Positions 27,104 to 35,260 of a stretch of DNA of 35,853 nt are shown piece by piece. Position numbers and translations under genes: made by a program. Origin of the DNA: a virus (Duplodnaviria; Heunggongvirae; Uroviricota; Caudoviricetes); the IMG/VR virus record IMGVR_UViG_3300009678_000054, positions 1 to 35,853 of that record; one strand, 5' to 3'. The notes beneath the pieces are model-generated. The model searched no databases. It worked only from the letters and a program-made list of their open reading frames with translations, and was not told the origin of the DNA. The first letter of the stretch is position 1; each line of letters opens with the position of its first letter.

Positions 27104-27216
27104 AACCAGGGTACAATGAAATATGTTTAACACTATGGGGATGTATTCCTATAGATGTTCAGTGGGCCAAAAATACAAATCTGTATAAAGAATATATCGC
27201 ATGTCATTCAAAGTAA
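27100..27216 (+). CDS. 38-aa ORF (not in ORF track)
   Basis: ATGA-coupled, fills the gap: MKPGYNEICLTLWGCIPIDVQWAKNTNLYKEYIACHSK. Confidence 0.4.
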   Translation: MKPGYNEICLTLWGCIPIDVQWAKNTNLYKEYIACHSK

Positions 27217-27599
27217 TTGTTGCTGGTGGAAGAAACTTCACCGATTACGAATTTGTAAAAGAACGCCTGGACTATCTTTTAGCAAGACGAAAAAACGTAG
27301 TCATCGTTTCCGGTGCATGTAATACTGGTAAGGTTACCTATATCAGACCCGATGGAACAAAAGTTTGCGGTGCTGATGGGCTTGGTGAACGCTACGCTGC
27401 TGAAAGAAATATTCCTACTGAAGTATATCCTGCTGAATGGGAGAAGTACGGTAAATCTGCTGGATACAGACGAAATGAAGTTATGGCGAAGATCGCAAAC
27501 GCTGCAGCTTGCTTTTGGGATGGTAAAAGCCGAGGTACAGGACACATGATTGATCTCGCTCGTCAATACAAACTTATAGTCAGAGAAATTCGTTATTGA
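27201..27599 (+). CDS. DUF2493 / YspA-like SLOG protein
   Basis: KVIVAGGRNF.DY, GADGLGE.YA, W.KYGKSAG..RN..M, FWDGKSRGT.HMI. Confidence 0.85.
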   Translation: MSFKVIVAGGRNFTDYEFVKERLDYLLARRKNVVIVSGACNTGKVTYIRPDGTKVCGADGLGERYAAERNIPTEVYPAEWEKYGKSAGYRRNEVMAKIANAAACFWDGKSRGTGHMIDLARQYKLIVREIRY

Positions 27600-27609
27600 T
27601 TTTAGTCAA

Positions 27610-27660
27610 ATCTTGATTGTGGTCAAGATATTAAGTATTAATACTTAGCTATTTATAAGC
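27610..27660. repeat. three adjacent palindromes
   Basis: ATCTTGA-N6-TCAAGAT (27610-27629); perfect 16-bp TAAGTATTAATACTTA (27632-27647); GCT-N7-AGC (27648-27660). Confidence 0.7.
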
Positions 27661-27663
27661 ACA

Positions 27664-27695
27664 TTTGGTAATTCGGGAAAATTATCGTACTTTTG
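27664..27695 (+). promoter_or_regulatory. Bacteroidota-type promoter
   Basis: TTTG, 20 nt, TACTTTTG: full consensus. Confidence 0.8.
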
Positions 27696-27714
27696 TTCCC
27701 AAATGTAGAAAATA

Positions 27715-27984
27715 ATGCCATTTGTGGACGATAATATGTGGAATGAAATATTGTGTATATTGAATAAATCTACAATTTCTTTCCCTGTTTATAAAACCAC
27801 TCTCCCTAATGTTACATCGCACACTATTTTTCAGAACATTCATAAATTAACAATTATTCACGGATACCTTTTCTTATCACCAACTGGTGAAGAAACAGGT
27901 ATCCATTTTACCTTACTGCCCGATAAGAGTATAAAATTGCAATCATTAACAAGTATGCTTAACTATATTATCATATTGTTTTAA
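27715..27984 (+). CDS. hypothetical protein, first gene of the fibre-like cassette
   Basis: 19 nt after the promoter; TAATG-coupled to the next ORF. Confidence 0.5.
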   Translation: MPFVDDNMWNEILCILNKSTISFPVYKTTLPNVTSHTIFQNIHKLTIIHGYLFLSPTGEETGIHFTLLPDKSIKLQSLTSMLNYIIILF

Positions 27985-28484
27985 TGGCTATCAAACAGTT
28001 ACTATATGATATAGATGGAGTTAAATTGGGTAAGCTTATAAATTGGCGAAACAATCCACTTACAACTATTCAACGTATTACTCTTGGTTTGTCGTTATCA
28101 GCTATTCATTCGGGCCTGGAATGTTGGGATACTGATGAAAATATAAAATATGTTTGGAATGGAAGTGTATGGATTCCAATTAACGAAGTTAACATTACAA
28201 TTGTCAATGTATTAACAACTACGCACAACGCTACTCAAACAAGTGGTCACGTTGTGTTGCTAGTTGATGCGGCTGCTGCTGGTGGTAATGTGACAGTTAA
28301 TTTACCAACAGCTATTGGTAATACAGCTATGTTTACAATTAAAAAAATTGACAACGGACCTAATACTGTCACAGCAGATGGGTTTAATGCAGAAACAATA
28401 GATGGTTCTCTTATTGCCCCTATAAGTGTTCCAAATCTATCCATCTCTTTAGTCAATAACAATGCAAATTGGTTTGTAATATAA
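27984..28484 (+). CDS. virion fibre/appendage-type beta-rich protein
   Basis: WDTD....YVWNG..W module, then VTVNLP.A...TIKK.D...NTVT....ETIDG. Confidence 0.55.
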   Translation: MAIKQLLYDIDGVKLGKLINWRNNPLTTIQRITLGLSLSAIHSGLECWDTDENIKYVWNGSVWIPINEVNITIVNVLTTTHNATQTSGHVVLLVDAAAAGGNVTVNLPTAIGNTAMFTIKKIDNGPNTVTADGFNAETIDGSLIAPISVPNLSISLVNNNANWFVI

Positions 28485-28492
28485 TTTAAAAT

Positions 28493-29635
28493 ATGTCATA
28501 TAATCCACAAATAGCAACCGTTTTTACTCTAGCTAATTCAGACCCTATGGCTGTCGCTATGGTAGATGGTAATGGAGATCAAATACCTACACCATTACCT
28601 GTTACTATTGTTTCATCAGGATTATTAAGTATATCTGGTCTTGATTTAGATATTCGTGATCTTGTTTTTGCATCAGACAAAGTGGATGTAAGCGGAAGTA
28701 CGATAGCGATTGGTGCATCCGTATTACCTACTGGTGCATCAACAGCAGCAAATCAGGCAACAGAAATAGCAGCATTAGCGTCTATTGACGCAGGTATTCC
28801 GGCAGCGTTGGGACAAGCAGCAATGGCAGCAAGTATGCCTGTTGTTTTTGCATCAGATCAATCGCCTCTTAGTGTTGAAGATATTATCCCAACTATACAA
28901 TTAACAGGTCAATATCTTGGTAAAATAGCTCATGTATTTAATTTAATGGGTCAAAGAAATGGTTTTACATCTATCACTGTTCACAATGCAATTAAAGAAT
29001 ATGATAACGCTGTTGCTGATATAGCTGATACAAATAATTCAACATTAGATATTATATCTTCTAGTGTGAACGATGCTGCTGCTGGTACTGGTGTTAGAAC
29101 TGTTAAAGTCACATATATCAATAATCTAAATAATTTAGTAGAAAGCGCAGCCATTACACTAAACGGAACAACATTAGTAACGTCTGTTCTTACCGGAGTT
29201 AATCAAGTATTATGGATGGAATCAGCAACAGTTGGAAGTGTGGGAAGTGCTGTTGGTAATATTCGTTTAAGAATAAATGGTGGAACAGTTGAAGTAGAAC
29301 AAATATCTATAGGTAATAATAAATCACGTTCAGCAGTATTTATGATTCCAACAGGTTATACCGGATACCTTGTTAATTGGAACGCATCAGCAATAAACAA
29401 CGATCAAGCCACAGTTGTTGTAGCTCAAGTAAATACATTAGATAGAACTTTTTCAACAGTTTACCATGCACAATCAACAAAATATGCTGCCTTAAATACT
29501 AATGTAATAGCTGTTCCTGATTTATGGTTAAAACTTCCTGCTCTTGCACGAATTAAGGCATTAACTGTTTCAGGGGGAACGGCGGCAGCAGTTAGATGTA
29601 ATGTGAATATAAAAATCGTATTAATAGAAAACTAA
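28493..29635 (+). CDS. fibre-like protein (repeat shaft + beta-sandwich head)
   Basis: Ala/Thr/Ser/Gly-rich; shares shaft modules with the next gene; head contains SSS.ND...GTG.RTV and ITLNGTT.V. Confidence 0.6.
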   Translation: MSYNPQIATVFTLANSDPMAVAMVDGNGDQIPTPLPVTIVSSGLLSISGLDLDIRDLVFASDKVDVSGSTIAIGASVLPTGASTAANQATEIAALASIDAGIPAALGQAAMAASMPVVFASDQSPLSVEDIIPTIQLTGQYLGKIAHVFNLMGQRNGFTSITVHNAIKEYDNAVADIADTNNSTLDIISSSVNDAAAGTGVRTVKVTYINNLNNLVESAAITLNGTTLVTSVLTGVNQVLWMESATVGSVGSAVGNIRLRINGGTVEVEQISIGNNKSRSAVFMIPTGYTGYLVNWNASAINNDQATVVVAQVNTLDRTFSTVYHAQSTKYAALNTNVIAVPDLWLKLPALARIKALTVSGGTAAAVRCNVNIKIVLIEN

Positions 29636-30528
29636 TGAAAATAAGCAACGGTAACGATATAATTCCCGCACTACCTCTTTATATTGCTATAGCAGATGAT
29701 GATATTAATTATAATTATTTAATATTAAAAAAGGCTGTTGTAAATGTTTCAACTGATATATCAACCTTAACTACAAGAATTATTATATCTATAGAATTTG
29801 ATAATTCAGTAAGAGAAATAAATCTTGCTGAAGTAACAAATCAACCAACATGGACAAATGACGAAGATGGTTCAATTACAGCTAAAATAGATATTGATTT
29901 GTGGGTTAATGATAATTCAACATCAAATTCTACTTCAATTACAGACGGTACAACTACAGCAGATGTTTTTGATTTAACCAACTCTAATCCTTTAGCGGTA
30001 GCCATTGTAGATAACAATGGTAATCAAATTAATTCATTTGGTGGTGGAACGCAGTATTCAGATGGTGATGCAAATGCTAACCCAACTGGAACTGTAGCTA
30101 TGGGTACTGACGGTTCAAATGTTTTTGCTTTACACACAGATACAGCAGGTGATTTACAAGTTGATGTAGTTACAATGCCAGTCGTAGATGTACAGGCGAC
30201 AAACTTAGATATACGTGATTTGGCTTTTAGCTCAGATAAAGTAGATGTAACCGGAAGTACAGTAGGTATTGGTGCATCTGTATTACCAACGGGTGCTGCA
30301 ACTGCAGCTAATCAACAAACAAATGCTTTAACCGATACAGAATTAAGAGCAACACCTGTCCCGGTATCTTCAACAAATTTAGATGTAAGAGATTTAGTAT
30401 TTGCAACAGATAAAGTTGATGCAAGTGGTACTGTATTAGGAGCAGGAAATAATAATATCGGAGATGTTGACATAGCATCAGCTTTACCAGCAGGTAACAA
30501 TAACATTGGAGATGTAGATGTAGCTTCT
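28643..30528 (+). repeat. dispersed coding repeats between and within the two fibre-like genes
   Basis: 38-codon module at 28643-28756 and 30202-30315, partial copy at 30376-30429; 15-codon tandem at 30436-30480 and 30484-30528. Confidence 0.85.
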
Positions 30529-31269
30529 ATTATTCCTGGTACAGGAGCAACAAATTTAGGAAAAGCAGAAGACGCTGCTCACACAACAGGCGATACAGGG
30601 GTAATGTTATTAGGAGTTTCTAACGAAGGGGGTAGTGCATTAGTAAATGCAAATGGTGATTATACGCCTATAGCAACGGATAAAATGGGGCAGATATATG
30701 TCAATCCTGAAAATAATAAAGTATTATTTAGAGGAAGATCATCTTCGTTCAGAACATTAGGAAGGGCAGGTACATCAGGACAAAAAATATTAGCTATTCA
30801 CAATGCAACTGGGTCATTAATTGCTGTAAAAGTTAAGAAGATAACAGTTGATATGTTTTGCACGGTGATAAAAGCAATTACAGTTGCGCCACCTATTGTA
30901 AGAATATGGAAATTTACAGCCCTTCCTACAAATGGAACAACACTAACAAAAAATAAAATAGGGGGAACAACAACATCAGATGCTTCTGCAACGGTTAGAG
31001 GGGATTCGTCTGCTGATGGTACTGGTAGTGGAACAACATTAACCGTAACACTTCCTGTAGGTACTATACTAGATCAAAAAGTAGCACCAAGAGTAATTAC
31101 AGGAGCAGGTGAAATTAGTACATCAGCATTAGAATTTGATTATCCAGATGGAATACAGCTTGGACCATTAGAAGGAGTGTGTGTGTTTTTAGATTACACC
31201 ACAGCAACACAAAACCCAACAACGGATATGTGGACAGCATCAATACAATGGGAAGAATTTATACCATAA
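29635..31269 (+). CDS. fibre-like protein with internal repeats
   Basis: LDIRDL.F..DKVD repeats; tandem AGNNNIGDVD repeats; LGKAEDAAH..GD.GV. Confidence 0.65.
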   Translation: MKISNGNDIIPALPLYIAIADDDINYNYLILKKAVVNVSTDISTLTTRIIISIEFDNSVREINLAEVTNQPTWTNDEDGSITAKIDIDLWVNDNSTSNSTSITDGTTTADVFDLTNSNPLAVAIVDNNGNQINSFGGGTQYSDGDANANPTGTVAMGTDGSNVFALHTDTAGDLQVDVVTMPVVDVQATNLDIRDLAFSSDKVDVTGSTVGIGASVLPTGAATAANQQTNALTDTELRATPVPVSSTNLDVRDLVFATDKVDASGTVLGAGNNNIGDVDIASALPAGNNNIGDVDVASIIPGTGATNLGKAEDAAHTTGDTGVMLLGVSNEGGSALVNANGDYTPIATDKMGQIYVNPENNKVLFRGRSSSFRTLGRAGTSGQKILAIHNATGSLIAVKVKKITVDMFCTVIKAITVAPPIVRIWKFTALPTNGTTLTKNKIGGTTTSDASATVRGDSSADGTGSGTTLTVTLPVGTILDQKVAPRVITGAGEISTSALEFDYPDGIQLGPLEGVCVFLDYTTATQNPTTDMWTASIQWEEFIP

Positions 31270-31296
31270 CGCTAATTAACCTTATTCAGCAATAAT

Positions 31297-31331
31297 AAAA
31301 AAGCCCCGGAGAAATCCAGGGCTTTGTTTTT
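31297..31331. terminator. bidirectional intrinsic terminator
   Basis: AAAGCCCCGGA-GAAA-TCCAGGGCTTT, fully paired on the minus strand (G-U), A-tract on the left, T-rich on the right; lies between convergent genes. Confidence 0.8.
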
Positions 31332-31347
31332 AACACTTCAGACAACA

Positions 31348-31875
31348 CTATCCGGCTGATTCATTCTCCGAATCATTCTCCGTTTGTTCATCTGAGGTCT
31401 CATCATTATCTTCTTCCAGGTCTTGTGTCGTTCCTATCGGCTGTCCATCTACTCCAACGAGTCCGGTCTTAGCCGCATTCTGATCTTGCTTAATCTGGTT
31501 TTGCAAATCCAGTGCTTGTTTGGTTCTTTCTTCCTGCAATTTCTTCAACTGTTCTTTAAACGTTTCAACTTCTGCTTCGGTAGCAGCTTCACCATTATTC
31601 CAAACATAATTTAAAGTGATCTTCTTAGATGCAACGTTCATTTGCATGACGTACTGAGCTACCTGGCCGCATTTCTGAACTGCATCCATAGCCGCCATCA
31701 AATTCTGCTCAAGTGCTTCGAGTAAATCACCACGAATATCAAGGTTATCGGTTGACTGCCAGGTTGGGACTGGTACTAAATGTGTACGAGGAATAGCTTG
31801 CTGAGCAGCTTTTTGCTTTTCCGCTTGTTTGAACTTTTCTTTCTTAGCTTTTTCTTTCTGTTTTTTAGTTGCCAT
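31348..31875 (-). CDS. hypothetical protein (basic N-terminus, coiled coil, acidic tail)
   Basis: Only credible minus-strand gene; own promoter and terminator; start refined to ATG 31875 (MATKKQKEK). Confidence 0.75.
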   Translation of the reverse strand: MATKKQKEKAKKEKFKQAEKQKAAQQAIPRTHLVPVPTWQSTDNLDIRGDLLEALEQNLMAAMDAVQKCGQVAQYVMQMNVASKKITLNYVWNNGEAATEAEVETFKEQLKKLQEERTKQALDLQNQIKQDQNAAKTGLVGVDGQPIGTTQDLEEDNDETSDEQTENDSENESAG

Positions 31876-31919
31876 CTGTTGTGTTTTTGTAATTAATTTT
31901 GATGATAAAAATAATACCA

Positions 31920-31951
31920 CAAAAATATGTGATATTTTTCGTAATTCCAAA
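31920..31951 (-). promoter_or_regulatory. Bacteroidota-type promoter (minus strand)
   Basis: TTTG (31951-31948), 20 nt, TATTTTTG (31927-31920). Confidence 0.75.
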
Positions 31952-31968
31952 TTTATTCATTAGGTTTG
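31938..31968 (+). promoter_or_regulatory. Bacteroidota-type promoter for nrdJ
   Basis: TTCG, 19 nt, TAGGTTTG (31961-31968). Confidence 0.65.
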
Positions 31969-32025
31969 CAACCCTTTTCTCTTATTAAAATTGATTTTAA
32001 CACTTTTTAAACATTTCAGGCATCA

Positions 32026-33759
32026 ATGAGCTTTAGAACAGACTTTTCAGAAACTATTTTTAATCAAAAGTACAAACACGAAAACGCAGAAACATGGCAA
32101 CAATTATCCGAGACCCTGATCGAAGACGTATGTAAAGGTTACGTTACCCGACTGGAAAAAGATGAAATGATAAAGATGCACACCGACATGCAATTTATAG
32201 CTGGTGGTCGCTATCTTTATTATGCTGGTAAATCAGTTAAATACTTTAATAACTGTTATCTTCTTCGTTCCCTGGAAGACACTCGTGAAGACTGGGCTGA
32301 TCTTAGCTGGAAGGCTGAATCTTGCCTAATCACCGGAGGTGGGATAGGTAACGATTACAGCGTTTACCGGGCTGAAGGTTCGCCTCTTTCCCGCACAGGC
32401 GGTGTTGCATCCGGTCCACTTAGTAAGGCTAAAATGCTTAACGAAATTGGCCGTGAAGTGCAGCAAGGTGGCAGTCGCAGGTCAGCTATATACGGTTCTA
32501 TAAATTGGAAACATAAAGATGCGGTAAAATGGCTGTATGCGAAAGATTGGTATAACATGCCAGTGGCCGGGGCGATGACCGACGATGGTCTACCAGCTAC
32601 TATCGGTTATTTGAAGGAAAAAGACTTCAACTACCCCGCACCCCTCGATATGACCAATATATCGCTGAACTACGATAACGAATTCCTTGAACAAATCTAT
32701 GCACTACCGATTCAAACCCTTAAACAAATATACGCCAAAGGCGGAAAACATGCTATCTATAATCTTCCTATTGTGGCTATACCGGAAACTTTTCTTAAAA
32801 ACTGTTCCCAGGCCCTTAGAACCGGAGAACCCGGTTTCAGTTTTAACTTCTTTGAGAAAGTATTTGAAACGCTGAGAAATGCCTGTACCGAGGTGAGCAG
32901 CGAAGACGATTCCGATGTATGTAACTTAGGGTCTGTAAACATGGCTAAAATAGACTCAATAGACCAGTTTAGGAAAGTAGTCCGGGCAGCGATCAAGTTC
33001 TTGTTATGCGGTACTCTAGTGGCACAGTTGCCTTATAAGAAGGTTTACGATGTCCGAGAGAAGAACCGCAGACTTGGTTTAGGGTTGATGGGAGTACATG
33101 AATGGTTGCTGAAACGTGGATACCGTTATGAGGTCGTACCAGAGCTTCACCAGTGGCTTGTAGTTTACCGTGAGGAATCGGAAGCTGCGGCAAACGATCT
33201 GGCCAGCAAGCTCGGTATTTCACGTCCTATTGCATATAGAGCCATCGCCCCAACCGGGACGATAGGAATTATGGCCGGGACGACTACCGGAATTGAACCA
33301 TTGCTGGCAGTTGCCTACAAACGCCGTTACCTTGTTGGAAATAAAATCTGGCAATATCAATACGTTGTTGACGGTACAGCTAAGATACTTATTGACCAGT
33401 TCGGGATTAAACCGGAAAACATTGAAACCGCCCTCAGCCTGGCTTCGGATTATGAACACCGTATCAAATTCCAGGCAGACATCCAAGATTACGTAGACAT
33501 GAGTATAAGTAGCACGATCAACATGCCAGCTTGGGGTAGTGAACATAATGGACCAGAACAAGTAGAAAAGTTTGCTAAAACCCTGGCAAAATACGCTGTG
33601 CGTCTTCGTGGATTTACCTGCTACCCGGATGGAGCAAGAGGTGGCCAACCACTCACCCCGGTTGATTACGAAGAAGCTAAAGTTCTCGAAGGACAAGTTT
33701 TTACAGAAGAATTCTTCGACGTATGCGATTTTACCAAAGCTGGAACATGCGGAGTATAG
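32026..33759 (+). CDS. nrdJ: class II (adenosylcobalamin-dependent) ribonucleotide reductase
   Basis: FNNCY, NACTE, CNLGS, LGLGLMG, IAPTGT, TTGIEP, ISSTIN, TCYPDGAR, C-terminal Cys pair; no ATP cone and no adjacent beta subunit. Confidence 0.85.
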   Translation: MSFRTDFSETIFNQKYKHENAETWQQLSETLIEDVCKGYVTRLEKDEMIKMHTDMQFIAGGRYLYYAGKSVKYFNNCYLLRSLEDTREDWADLSWKAESCLITGGGIGNDYSVYRAEGSPLSRTGGVASGPLSKAKMLNEIGREVQQGGSRRSAIYGSINWKHKDAVKWLYAKDWYNMPVAGAMTDDGLPATIGYLKEKDFNYPAPLDMTNISLNYDNEFLEQIYALPIQTLKQIYAKGGKHAIYNLPIVAIPETFLKNCSQALRTGEPGFSFNFFEKVFETLRNACTEVSSEDDSDVCNLGSVNMAKIDSIDQFRKVVRAAIKFLLCGTLVAQLPYKKVYDVREKNRRLGLGLMGVHEWLLKRGYRYEVVPELHQWLVVYREESEAAANDLASKLGISRPIAYRAIAPTGTIGIMAGTTTGIEPLLAVAYKRRYLVGNKIWQYQYVVDGTAKILIDQFGIKPENIETALSLASDYEHRIKFQADIQDYVDMSISSTINMPAWGSEHNGPEQVEKFAKTLAKYAVRLRGFTCYPDGARGGQPLTPVDYEEAKVLEGQVFTEEFFDVCDFTKAGTCGV

Positions 33760-33782
33760 GTTAACAACATTTTAACAGACAT

Positions 33783-33814
33783 GAAGCACCGAGTATTTGG
33801 TGCTTTCTTTTTTT
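33783..33814 (+). terminator. intrinsic terminator overlapping the next promoter
   Basis: AAGCACC-N8-GGTGCTT followed by TCTTTTTTT. Confidence 0.75.
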
Positions 33815-33826
33815 ATAGTATCTTTG
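33796..33826 (+). promoter_or_regulatory. Bacteroidota-type promoter
   Basis: TTTG, 19 nt, TATCTTTG: full consensus. Confidence 0.75.
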
Positions 33827-33841
33827 CATAAATATTTTGAC

Positions 33842-34309
33842 ATGGATGGAGAGTACAAGCCAGGTCAATTAACACTTCAAACACTTGAGGACGTTATTGG
33901 AAAATTGTTCAATTTAAGCGAACGATTAATTCACTGGGGGGAAAAGGATTGTAAATATGTTTATCATAAGACAGTTGGTTTTCCAAAAGATATTGTTATT
34001 CCTGATAGGATTTTCGATTTGGGCTACACTACCCACGCAAGAGGTAGAGCAAGGCAGCGGGTTAACGGACTTATGGTTCTTCCGACATTTGTTCGGATAA
34101 CTAAAGAGAATCTTATAGAGATTCACACCGATGATAATAAATTCATCAAAAAAGCTGTAGTTAAATTAAACTACGATAAGAAACGTGATATTGTGTTGGT
34201 GATGGAAATACAATACTCTAAGAAAAAAGCGGTAGTCATAACTCTTTATTACAATAATAAGAACCATTCCTTCGATACTTTGGATAAAACAAAATATAAC
34301 AAACCATAA
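33842..34309 (+). CDS. hypothetical protein, DUF4258/RelE-like fold suspected
   Basis: YTTHARGRARQR ... DIVLV ... VITLY; start refined to ATG 33842. Confidence 0.5.
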   Translation: MDGEYKPGQLTLQTLEDVIGKLFNLSERLIHWGEKDCKYVYHKTVGFPKDIVIPDRIFDLGYTTHARGRARQRVNGLMVLPTFVRITKENLIEIHTDDNKFIKKAVVKLNYDKKRDIVLVMEIQYSKKKAVVITLYYNNKNHSFDTLDKTKYNKP

Positions 34310-34318
34310 AACTTAACA

Positions 34319-34717
34319 ATGTCCCTCACTTTAAACAAGTATCAAGAACAAACAAGAGAAACAGCAATTTATCAAACCGCTATTGACACCTTTGTAAATG
34401 AATTGGAGATTCCAAACAACGGTAAAGCACAAAAGCTAAAAAACCTTCTTGGTTTTACGTATGTAGTTCTCGGTATGGTCGGTGAAGCTGGTGAACTGGC
34501 TAATAAACTGAAAAAAGTTATACGTGATTCCAATGGTGAAATCAATCTCAGTGATATGCTACAACTAGCAAAAGAAAATGGAGATATGACCTGGTACAAT
34601 GCTCGTGCCTTCGAACATCTCGGATTCACATTTCAGGAAGGTGCTGAAATGAATCTAAAGAAACTATTCGAGCGTAAACTGTCCAACTCCCTGCAAGGTA
34701 GTGGCGATAATCGTTAA
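34319..34717 (+). CDS. MazG-like NTP pyrophosphohydrolase
   Basis: LNKYQ..T.ETA, GMVGEAGELANKLKK, KENGDM.WY, N..KL..R ... GSGDNR. Confidence 0.85.
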   Translation: MSLTLNKYQEQTRETAIYQTAIDTFVNELEIPNNGKAQKLKNLLGFTYVVLGMVGEAGELANKLKKVIRDSNGEINLSDMLQLAKENGDMTWYNARAFEHLGFTFQEGAEMNLKKLFERKLSNSLQGSGDNR

Positions 34718-34719
34718 TC

Positions 34720-35046
34720 ATGGATTTAAAACTAAACCATCAAGAAGCTTTACTATTCGATGATTGTGTAAAGTTCAACAGTATCACATCTCAAATGCGT
34801 CAATACTTCGAAGAACTTGGTGAAGCTACAGTTGCTCTCGCTAAATATCAACGTGCGCTAGAATGGGGAACACCTGAAGAAATCGAACAAACTCTTAAAG
34901 AGTGGAAAAGTGAGATGGCCGATAACATTATCATGAATCTTCAAATGGCACACATCTTTGGCATGAGCGATGTTTTAGCAATAATCCATCGCAAACTAGA
35001 CCATCAACAAGAACGTATCAACAAGAAAAAACAACAGCATGTCTGA
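34720..35046 (+). CDS. second MazG-like NTP pyrophosphohydrolase
   Basis: EELGE...AL.K ... EMAD..IM..Q ... KL..Q.ERI. Confidence 0.7.
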   Translation: MDLKLNHQEALLFDDCVKFNSITSQMRQYFEELGEATVALAKYQRALEWGTPEEIEQTLKEWKSEMADNIIMNLQMAHIFGMSDVLAIIHRKLDHQQERINKKKQQHV

Positions 35047-35260
35047 TATAGTATATAACCCGGTTGTCGGCATTAATCTACCTGTAATTCTTACTCAGGA
35101 AGACCTTTTACGACAAGTTATGGATACTTTCAATAAGATCATGGACATTACTGATGAAACTCCTAATGACCAGGAACTCGGTGAAAAACTAAGAGAACTT
35201 ATGAAACCTTACATTATTATGAAACGAATCGTTGAAAAACAAATACAAAATGGCCAATAA
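35039..35260 (+). CDS. hypothetical protein
   Basis: Overlapping ORF. Confidence 0.55.
   Translation: MSDIVYNPVVGINLPVILTQEDLLRQVMDTFNKIMDITDETPNDQELGEKLRELMKPYIIMKRIVEKQIQNGQ

Noticed and set aside
66-33841. Track start codons at 66, 14172, 33797 and 31950 (minus)
   Set aside because: These starts lie inside or upstream of predicted promoters; downstream ATGs (156, 14217, 33842, 31875) fit better
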